21,144 nucleotides of DNA from Nanobdellota archaeon (GTDB taxonomy: Archaea > Nanobdellota > Nanobdellia > Woesearchaeales > GCA-2686295): assembly GCA_018819065.1 (NCBI GenBank), contig JAHJQL010000051.1:1-21144 (forward strand). Reading direction: 5' to 3'. Position 1 is the stretch's first letter. Every line of letters starts with the position of its first letter. Both the position numbers and the translations under genes were made by a program. This document shows, piece after piece, positions 8,034 through 14,436 of the stretch. Under the pieces are notes generated by a model. It searched no databases and was not told the DNA's origin. It saw nothing but the letters and a program-made list of their open reading frames with translations.

Positions 8034-8044
8034 GGACAGGGCTA
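8034..8044 (+). repeat. Short core-like motif (ggacagggcta) next to the stop of the Lrp-like gene
   Basis: Positional counterpart of ggggagggcta at 10410-10420. Both close a homologous non-coding spacer of about 120-130 nt. Confidence 0.4.
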
Positions 8045-8049
8045 TCATT

Positions 8050-9000
8050 TTAGAAATATACTAGTTTTATGTATTCTCTGAATGTTATTTCTTCGTAATC
8101 CGTGATTTTGGTGATGTTTTTTATTTCATTCATTATCCTGTTTATCTCTTCTCTTGTGGAAACTTCTATATCTATTTCAAAGTCGTTTTGGGATATTGTG
8201 AAATCAATATATGTTATGAAAGGATTGTATTTGGCAAATTCTATTAATTCTCTTATTTTGATAGTCTCGCTTAGTACGATATTTATTTTATAATATTTGT
8301 ATCCTATTTTCTCCAGGTTAAGTAATGGTTTGTATCCTACTATTATGTCGTTTTTCTCTAGTTGTTTTATTCTATATGCTATAGTCTTGGCTGGCATGTT
8401 TAATTTTTTGGAAATTTCTAGAACTGATACTCTGGCATTATTAGACATTATCTTTAATATTTTGATGTCGCGTTCATCGAATTGTACTTCTGGTGATCCT
8501 CCCACTATCAGTGATTTTGGTGGTTCTGAATTTTTTTGGTTTTGTACTAAGTAGTTTCTGTCAAAATGTATGACTTTTGTGAATATCGCTATTTGTACCC
8601 TGCCCATATTTTTCTTGAATTTTTCTTTAAAATTATTCCAGAATTCATAAAATTCATAGATGGTTTTTACCCAGCACATTATTGCTAAATCATAGTTTCC
8701 TTCGAGTCTTGATAATACATGTACTTCTGTAAGTGCTATAAGATAATTATGAATTTCAGTGTCAATTTCTTGGTCTGAATTTGCCAATCGCAAATATATC
8801 CTGAAACCAAAATATCCTAATTTGGAATTATCTATTATGGTATAATATCCTTTTATGTATCCTGTATCTTCTAATTTCTTTAATCTATATTGTGCAGTAT
8901 TTTGGTTTATTCTTAATTTTTTGGCAAGATGAGATACTGGTATTCTTCCATTTTTATCTAATTCGAGAAGCATCTTTTTATCAGTCAAATCAAGATTCAT
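8050..9000 (-). CDS. Tandem-repeat Lrp/AsnC-family transcriptional regulator
   Basis: 316 aa with two wHTH units (DKKMLLELDKNGRIPVSHLAKKLRINQNTAQYRLKKLEDTGYIKGY and RDIKILKIMSNNARVSVLEISKKLNMPAKTIAYRIKQLEKNDIIVGY). Each unit is followed by an RAM-like beta-alpha segment. Confidence 0.75.
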   Translation of the reverse strand: MNLDLTDKKMLLELDKNGRIPVSHLAKKLRINQNTAQYRLKKLEDTGYIKGYYTIIDNSKLGYFGFRIYLRLANSDQEIDTEIHNYLIALTEVHVLSRLEGNYDLAIMCWVKTIYEFYEFWNNFKEKFKKNMGRVQIAIFTKVIHFDRNYLVQNQKNSEPPKSLIVGGSPEVQFDERDIKILKIMSNNARVSVLEISKKLNMPAKTIAYRIKQLEKNDIIVGYKPLLNLEKIGYKYYKINIVLSETIKIRELIEFAKYNPFITYIDFTISQNDFEIDIEVSTREEINRIMNEIKNITKITDYEEITFREYIKLVYF

Positions 9001-9144
9001 ATTGTTATAAAGATTATCTTATTTATAAAGGTTATGCTAATATAACAAATATTATGTAGAAAAGTTAATATAGTTTGTGTACGTTACTCTTTATTAGTAA
9101 TAAAACATATCATCGTTGTATGATGTTTTACTGGAGATGAAAAA

Positions 9145-9915
9145 ATGGTTTCTGCGGAATACACAGAGTTTGAAGATGTACAGAAAAAAAATAATTATAC
9201 TGATATCCAACTTGAAAAAATAGTCCTTCAACTACGAGAAGTTGTTGATGGTGACATAAGAAACTATAATGAAGGAACAAGAAGATTGATAGTTATGAGA
9301 AATTACGATGAAATAAAGTCTAAGGAAGAGTATCTTTCTAAACATGCTATATTAAAATGGATGTTTTTAGAGAAAAAGATGCAGTCTAAACACAAAGAAA
9401 TATATTCTTTTAATCAACATAGTTCTAACTATTCTGAGTTAGTGGATATAATCTGGAAAATATACGATGTGACAAAACAGAACGTAGTATCTGGAGAGAG
9501 CATATTAGATCTTAGAAAGAACTTTGAAGAAGTATATGAATCAAAACGGAATAATTTGGCGCTGGATCATGTAAGTAATTATTTGTTTCAATATCCGGAA
9601 TATGCCAAGGCAGAATTCGAAGCTCTAACTAAAAAAATAAGAAGCGAAGATGGCTCCTACGGAATATATATTGGGAAATTTTATGATTATGGAAAGTATT
9701 ATCCTGCATTGACAGAACAACTAATGAAAGAATTAGGCTCAATGTATAATAGGACATCAGAATCGGATAGAAAACGTATCTTGTCTGCAGCTACACTTGG
9801 TTTTGTGGCTAATTTTGATTCCATATGTGAATTTCGCGTTGAGCAATTAGGCGATAATTTTAACTGGACAAAAGATAAATCTTGTGCATACGCAGGTATA
9901 ATTTGTGAGGATTGA
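9145..9915 (+). CDS. Hypothetical protein (orphan, 256 aa)
   Basis: ATG with ggaga 7 nt upstream, divergent from the Lrp-like gene. No motif I recognise. Confidence 0.6.
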   Translation: MVSAEYTEFEDVQKKNNYTDIQLEKIVLQLREVVDGDIRNYNEGTRRLIVMRNYDEIKSKEEYLSKHAILKWMFLEKKMQSKHKEIYSFNQHSSNYSELVDIIWKIYDVTKQNVVSGESILDLRKNFEEVYESKRNNLALDHVSNYLFQYPEYAKAEFEALTKKIRSEDGSYGIYIGKFYDYGKYYPALTEQLMKELGSMYNRTSESDRKRILSAATLGFVANFDSICEFRVEQLGDNFNWTKDKSCAYAGIICED

Positions 9916-9919
9916 CTAA

Positions 9920-10195
9920 ATGAAGCGTCAAGTTGTTCATAACATTCATGAGGATTACTCATTATGGAAGAAGTTGATTGAGTTAGATTATTATCTTTTA
10001 GGTTTGGCTGATGATGTTTTTGTTTCTCCTGTTAAGTATTATTTTAGTTCGCATGGTTTTGGAATAATCCTGTCAAGAAATGTGTTGATAGTTTCAGGAA
10101 GTACAAAGGATAAAGTCAGAAACGAAGTCCAGAGATTAGATAAGAAGATTCGACTCAATCAAAAGAAGCTACTTCAATGCGTAAGCATGCACTAA
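9920..10195 (+). CDS. Hypothetical protein (orphan, 91 aa)
   Basis: ATG 4 nt after the upstream stop, with gagg 9 nt upstream, so it looks operonic with 9145-9915. Confidence 0.5.
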   Translation: MKRQVVHNIHEDYSLWKKLIELDYYLLGLADDVFVSPVKYYFSSHGFGIILSRNVLIVSGSTKDKVRNEVQRLDKKIRLNQKKLLQCVSMH

Positions 10196-10265
10196 TATTC
10201 GTAGCTCTGGCTAGATTTCTATAATTTGTATGATATTCTCCGAGCTAAATTTATATATGATGACG

Positions 10266-10279
10266 TCCGGGCGGGGCTA
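10266..10279 (+). repeat. tRNA-3'-end-like core copy (tccgggcggggcta, 13/14)
   Basis: Lies 70 nt after the stop of the 91-aa ORF, in direct orientation. Contains the exact 11-mer gggcggggcta. Confidence 0.8.
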
Positions 10280-10409
10280 ATAGTACTAATGTGGTTTTTG
10301 CGGACACTATTTATGCCCGTAAAAAGCCAGTTTTTCTCTCTAAGAAATAATTTCTAGAAATTTGTATTACAGATGTAATACTTCGAAATACATCAAAAGT
10401 AATGAGTTC

Positions 10410-10420
10410 GGGGAGGGCTA
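10410..10420 (+). repeat. Short core-like motif (ggggagggcta) overlapping the stop codon of the TrmB-like gene
   Basis: Counterpart of 8034-8044. The cta is the reverse complement of the TAG stop. Confidence 0.4.
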
Positions 10421-11131
10421 GTATTTTGCTGTTTTCCAGATTAATTTAAAGTAGTTTCTATATGATTTAGCAACTTCTTTGTTTTGTATAACTGTTGCTA
10501 TAGGAATTTCACTCCAAACAATTATTGCAATATTATTTTCGTAAACAAATGTTGTTGTAGGAGAGATAAATTCTTCAGGAAGATATTTAAACGTGGAATA
10601 CGCGTATTTTACGCTTTCGGATTTTTTTGCATTTTCTGAAAATATCACGTGTGCAATTATCTTTTTATCCTTCTTGGATTTTTGAAATAATAAATAATCG
10701 TGTTTCATTATATCCAAGAATTTTCCTGAAGAACCATAACATACATATTCTTTAGTTTTTAAAATATCGCAGAGTATGGATTTGATGCCTTTTTTACCTT
10801 CATATATACTTGATGTTTCGGTTTCTTTACTCGACTTGAATCGCATTTCTAGTTCAGGTAATATCTCTTTTGCAATAGTTTCTTGATCTCTTATTATCTC
10901 TAGTAATTTTGTCGGAGAAACTGCTTTGAATACTTTTCTATTGGATTGAAGAACATATGTTACAAGTCCTTTATCTAATAATCTATTGATTGAATCGTAA
11001 ACTGTTGTTCTATTAATTTTAGATTTTTTACTTATTTTTCCTGCATTAGATGCTCCTATATCTAAAAGAGTTACATATACCAATGCTTCGGTTTTATTCA
11101 ATCCTAATTTTTCCAATTTTTCTATACTCAT
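10418..11131 (-). CDS. TrmB-family transcriptional regulator
   Basis: MSIEKLEKLGLNKTEALVYVTLLDIGASNAGKISKKSKINRTTVYDSINRLLDKGLV is the canonical TrmB N-terminal wHTH. I prefer the ATG at 11131 over the GTG at 11140. Confidence 0.8.
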   Translation of the reverse strand: MSIEKLEKLGLNKTEALVYVTLLDIGASNAGKISKKSKINRTTVYDSINRLLDKGLVTYVLQSNRKVFKAVSPTKLLEIIRDQETIAKEILPELEMRFKSSKETETSSIYEGKKGIKSILCDILKTKEYVCYGSSGKFLDIMKHDYLLFQKSKKDKKIIAHVIFSENAKKSESVKYAYSTFKYLPEEFISPTTTFVYENNIAIIVWSEIPIATVIQNKEVAKSYRNYFKLIWKTAKY

Positions 11132-11253
11132 AATACCCACTAATAATGTGTCTTTTTTAAATCTATTGGATTGTTGTTAGTTTACTCACAACATAAATTA
11201 ATATAGTGGAAGAGTATTCACTTATTGAGAGTAATTATTCGGGGAGATTTAAA

Positions 11254-11925
11254 ATGTATCATATTAGAAAAGAAGCAGATCTTAAAAACAATAGAAGGGT
11301 TTTATACGTCGAAGCTCCTTTTGATAAAGCTCTTAAGATAATCAAATTGAGAGGGAGTAATATTATTACTGCGAAACAACTCGCCGATGCGCGTATGCAA
11401 TGCGATGTAAGTCATTCTTTATCAGCAAATGGCGCATATATCTCAGAAGGAATTATAGTTGATCCGTATCCAAAACACCCTAACATACTTCTAAGAGAAT
11501 CTTTAATTTTGAATAATCCACATAATGCCACAGAGTCGCATCGAAAAATTAGGAATTATAATTATTATCATGAGTCTTACGTTGTTCCTTCTACTATTGA
11601 AAGTGTATTAAATGGTTTGATCGAGGATAAAGACTATATTTTTCTTGACGATAGAATCGGAGACCATGTTATTTCCTATACTGAATTTTTTGAACACAGT
11701 AAATTAATGAATTTTTTGTTTGGTAAATCTGCTAAAGCGTACGGGATTTGGTTAAAAGAAGAAGGAAAAATCTCAAAAGTCAATATTTATAATATTACAT
11801 GTGCAAGAAGATCAGAAATAACTGCGGATCAGCTTTGGTTTAATAGACTAACAGAGAATAGTTTCTTTGGAGGAGGAAGATATCTTAATCATAGTAATAG
11901 AGTTCGTTGGATAGATACAAAATAG
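11254..11925 (+). CDS. Hypothetical protein, member of the island paralog family (C-terminal LWFNRL...GGGRYLNHSNRVRWI)
   Basis: The ATG at 11254 is preceded by ggggag 7 nt upstream (the track ORF starts at GTG 11206). Distantly collinear with 13043-13858. Confidence 0.6.
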   Translation: MYHIRKEADLKNNRRVLYVEAPFDKALKIIKLRGSNIITAKQLADARMQCDVSHSLSANGAYISEGIIVDPYPKHPNILLRESLILNNPHNATESHRKIRNYNYYHESYVVPSTIESVLNGLIEDKDYIFLDDRIGDHVISYTEFFEHSKLMNFLFGKSAKAYGIWLKEEGKISKVNIYNITCARRSEITADQLWFNRLTENSFFGGGRYLNHSNRVRWIDTK

Positions 11926-12033
11926 AAAAATCGAAGAAGATATATTGTAATATTTTAGCTTTGTCTCGATTTCAATCATAACTGTATTACAAACTCCAAG
12001 ATAATTATATTAGCAATGATAGTAAAGGATTGT

Positions 12034-12171
12034 ATGGATGAATTTGAGGCTATAATGCAAGAAAAAGAACGACTATTAAGAAAATACCACTGCAAGACAA
12101 TAAATGAAGTAATACGAATTCTACAGCTAATTCTAGCCGAAAACAATAAAAAAGCCGAAAGTCCTATGTAA
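12034..12171 (+). CDS. Possible 45-aa small protein (MDEFEAIMQEKERLLRKYHCKTINEVIRILQLILAENNKKAESPM)
   Basis: Not in the ORF track because it is short; an alternative ATG lies at 12016. Its 3' end is conserved with a decayed copy at 14320-14361. The stop is exactly 19 nt before the core repeat in both places. Confidence 0.35.
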   Translation: MDEFEAIMQEKERLLRKYHCKTINEVIRILQLILAENNKKAESPM

Positions 12172-12190
12172 GTCATATCTCCTATAGATG

Positions 12191-12263
12191 TCCGTGCGGG
12201 GCTACATTATATTTTAGTGATTTGAGGGGATAATTTTTCTTGTATTATAAAGAAATTGGGCAG
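12191..12263 (+). repeat. 73-bp direct repeat, right copy; attR-like
   Basis: Identical to 7006-7078. Upstream of it there is no T-arm or other remaining tRNA sequence. Confidence 0.9.
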
Positions 12264-12274
12264 GCTAAAACCAT

Positions 12275-12287
12275 AACATTTATATAT
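12275..12287 (+). promoter_or_regulatory. TATA-type promoter element aacatttatatat of the AbrB-RelE module
   Basis: Identical 13-mer to 7168-7180. Confidence 0.5.
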
Positions 12288-12329
12288 ACGACGTGTTTTA
12301 ATATTAAAATATATTGTAGGTGGTGCTTT

Positions 12330-12605
12330 ATGGAAGTCTCTATAACTAAAATGTCTGAAAATGGTCAAGTCGTAATACCTGCTGAAGTAAGGAAAGATGC
12401 AGGGATAGGTCCATCAACAAAATTCATCGTATTTAATCATGATGGAAACATTATGTTAAAACAGATGAAAAAAGAATCTTTAGTGAAGGATATGGAATTA
12501 ATAGATAAGATTAATCGTAGTGAAACTCAAATAAGTAGTGGCAAAGTGGTTAAAGCAAATACCAAGATGAAAAATGAAGAAATAGATGACCTTCTAATGG
12601 GATAA
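12330..12605 (+). CDS. AbrB/SpoVT (MazE-like) domain antitoxin
   Basis: 91 aa. ITKMSENGQVVIPAEVRKDAGI is a swapped-hairpin AbrB motif. aggtggtg lies upstream of the ATG. The stop is 1 nt before the toxin ATG. Confidence 0.75.
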   Translation: MEVSITKMSENGQVVIPAEVRKDAGIGPSTKFIVFNHDGNIMLKQMKKESLVKDMELIDKINRSETQISSGKVVKANTKMKNEEIDDLLMG

Positions 12606-12606
12606 A

Positions 12607-12852
12607 ATGGAAATTATTTTTTCTGAAGAATTCAAGAATGAGTTCAAGAAGATAAAGGATAAAACTACAAGAATAAAAATTATCAAACATATAAAAAAAT
12701 TAGAACAATTGCCAGAATCAGGAAAACCGTTAAAACATAATCTAAAGAATCATAGAACCACAAGAATTCCTCCATTCAGATTAATATATAGAATTGAAGG
12801 AGATAAAATAATAATAAACTGTTTTGACCACAGAAAGGATGTATACGAATAA
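12607..12852 (+). CDS. RelE/ParE-superfamily toxin
   Basis: 81 aa. The ...GKPLKHNLKNHRTTRIPPFRLIYRIEGDKIIINCFDHRKDVYE tail is typical of RelE/StbE-type toxins (R..YRI.....I.I....HR.D.Y). Confidence 0.75.
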   Translation: MEIIFSEEFKNEFKKIKDKTTRIKIIKHIKKLEQLPESGKPLKHNLKNHRTTRIPPFRLIYRIEGDKIIINCFDHRKDVYE

Positions 12853-12867
12853 TTGTCAAGGATGGTA

Positions 12868-12881
12868 TCCGGGCGGGGCTA
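12868..12881 (+). repeat. tRNA-3'-end-like core copy (tccgggcggggcta, 13/14)
   Basis: Lies 15 nt after the relE-like stop and is identical to the copy at 10266-10279. Confidence 0.8.
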
Positions 12882-13042
12882 TTATGCGTGTTCTAGATTA
12901 TCGTATGAGTGTATTTGTTCGTATAGGCTCATGTGTTTCTTGTTTTGGTGTGTGTTTTTATATTCATAACGAAAAACAAATGTTTTGTTACTAAATAGTG
13001 GTTAAATAATCGTAAAATTTATAAATAGAACACTCTTTATGC

Positions 13043-13858
13043 ATGAAAAAAGAGTTAAAACTCACCATAACGGAGGAAAATAAAATTAGCTTACAATTAA
13101 ACAATCCAGTTGCTGTTTACAAGGAATTTTATGGCAAGAACATAGATAAGATGCCTGAGCTTATAGCTTCAGGTTTTACGCCAATGACTTTTGCTGACGT
13201 GATGAAGCGCAGACTAGAAGTCTTAGGAGGCAACAAAGATGTGGCAGATGCGTGGTGGGATAATTATTTTGACACTGTCAATATTGTTGCTTATCATCCT
13301 GATGGCAGGATAAAAATAGTTCTTGACTCACAATTAGCCAAGGAAATTAATCCAAAAAGTACTGTAAGAAATGGTTCAATTGTTCTTCCAAACACTGACG
13401 CATATGAACAACTTGCAGGACAAGAATTTACACAAAAGGAAATTGAAAAGTATGCCAAATCAGAATCATTAACGCTTAAACAAGCACTAAGCAATCCAAT
13501 ATGGGCTGCATTAGCAAATGATCCAAAACTTCATGAAGAATATGCAAAAGCAACATTCAAAGAAGCCAAAGAAAAATACGGGTTCAATAATAATCTAGGC
13601 GTTTATTTGTCAGGATTCAAAGAAGTTCCTAATTTTAGGCTTTGGTTGTCGAGCAGGCTCAACTACAACTCGGATGCTGATGGTAGCAATTCTCTTGACT
13701 ACAACTATGGGCGTCTGGTCGGGGTAGCGCCGGAGGCGCACGGCGCCGAAAAAATAGCTATGCCGACACTAGAGCAGATTATGAATATCAGTTCAAAATA
13801 TGTTGCTCCAGTTAATGTTGATGCATTAAGAAAAGACCTAAAAGGCATCTACAAATAA
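13043..13858 (+). CDS. Hypothetical protein, member of the island paralog family (C-terminal RLWLSSRLNYN...NYGRLVGV)
   Basis: 271 aa. tttataaata lies about 20 nt upstream, so the transcript is probably leaderless. Paralogous to 11254-11925 and to the relic at 13944-14149. Confidence 0.65.
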   Translation: MKKELKLTITEENKISLQLNNPVAVYKEFYGKNIDKMPELIASGFTPMTFADVMKRRLEVLGGNKDVADAWWDNYFDTVNIVAYHPDGRIKIVLDSQLAKEINPKSTVRNGSIVLPNTDAYEQLAGQEFTQKEIEKYAKSESLTLKQALSNPIWAALANDPKLHEEYAKATFKEAKEKYGFNNNLGVYLSGFKEVPNFRLWLSSRLNYNSDADGSNSLDYNYGRLVGVAPEAHGAEKIAMPTLEQIMNISSKYVAPVNVDALRKDLKGIYK

Positions 13859-13907
13859 TTCTTTTTTTCAATAATTTTTTATATTAACTATTCTTTACTT
13901 ATTATTG

Positions 13908-13917
13908 TCCCGGCTTA
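13908..13917 (+). repeat. Possible badly eroded core (tcccggctta)
   Basis: Lies 50 nt after the stop of 13043-13858, where a block boundary would be expected. The match is weak. Confidence 0.2.
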
Positions 13918-13943
13918 GTGCATTACTGCAAAAAGTGCACATC

Positions 13944-14149
13944 AGATAGCTGAGATCTACACGCCATTTCACTATGGCAAGCATTTGCAGTGCCTGCTAT
14001 AAAATACAACCACGACAGAAATGAAGTGGTGGTGAAAACTATTAGGTGAAATGGCTACTCGAGGGGATTTGGTTGCTTGGCAGGCTCAACAACAACTTCA
14101 ATGCCAATGGCAACAACAACGTTGACAACAACAATGGGCGTCTTGTCGG
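13944..14149 (+). pseudogene. Decayed, internally deleted paralog of 13043-13858
   Basis: Nucleotide collinearity with the intact gene: atagct-N9-acgcca, and gtggtgg(t)gaaaactatt versus gtggtgggataattatt. The segment tttggttg..ggcaggctcaac.acaact..aatgc..atgg...atgggcgtct.gtcgg also aligns. The relic has in-frame TAA and TGA stops, a +1 frameshift and about 340 nt missing. Track ORF 14046-14255 is its 3' remnant. Confidence 0.6.
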
Positions 14150-14380
14150 AATAGATCTGCTATTTACCGGGACACTTAAAATCTTAGTAGAGCCAAATCT
14201 TTATGTCGGAAGGGATATGGCTTCCATGCAAGATTTTGGCTCCAATATTGGCTAAAAACGCAAGATTCTGCACTTCCTGGCTCCATTCTGGGTCTACTCG
14301 ACGAGAGCCACGACTAAAGAATAATTTAGAAAACCGCAAAAACGCCGACAGTCCCACATGACTCAGTTTTCGGGTTGACC

Positions 14381-14394
14381 GCTGGGCGGGGCTA
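14381..14394 (+). repeat. Distal tRNA-3'-end-like core copy (gctgggcggggcta, 11/14)
   Basis: Last copy in the window. It contains the exact 11-mer gggcggggcta, and I take it as the outer island boundary. Confidence 0.7.
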
Positions 14395-14436
14395 TATTTT
14401 CTTTTTCGTAACATGGGAAGGAATTCTTTTCTTTTT

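Larger units (their letters stand above)
7006..14394 (+). mobile_element. tRNA-Gln-linked accessory island or cassette array, with no integrase in the window
   Basis: Bounded by the tRNA 3' end and the most distal tRNA-3'-end-like core (14381-14394). Contains at least 6 direct copies of the core, a 73-bp perfect direct repeat, two TA modules, two wHTH regulators, orphan paralogs and a pseudogene. Confidence 0.6.

Noticed and set aside
11976-12176. Minus-strand ORFs 11976-12176 and 14184-14444 share the peptide GLSAFL.FS.
   Set aside because: The shared peptide is the reverse-complement shadow of the conserved plus-strand block. The ORFs have low-complexity hydrophobic composition and no start-site signals.
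12034-12263. An SSV-type integrase split by integration (int(N)/int(C) fragments reading through att).
   Set aside because: No ORF reads through any core copy. The small ORFs stop 19 nt before the cores. No R..HxxR..Y-like recombinase remnants are visible in any frame that I translated.
14046-14255. Track ORF of 69 aa (GTG start) as a functional small gene.
   Set aside because: It is the 3' remnant of a decayed paralog. Upstream homologous sequence carries in-frame stops and a frameshift, and the ORF begins immediately after a stop codon.
6947-14394. The tRNA-3'-end-like fragments could be Nanoarchaeum-style split tRNA halves.
   Set aside because: The copies contain only 11-14 nt (the acceptor 3' strand plus a few T-stem bases). 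None of them is preceded by a T-loop, anticodon arm or complementary leader sequence.
7006-14394. A canonical integron (intI, attI, attC).
   Set aside because: There is no intI-like gene. The boundary motifs are direct copies of a tRNA end rather than attC-type imperfect inverted repeats (R''-L''/L'-R'). I therefore describe the array only as integron-like in logic.
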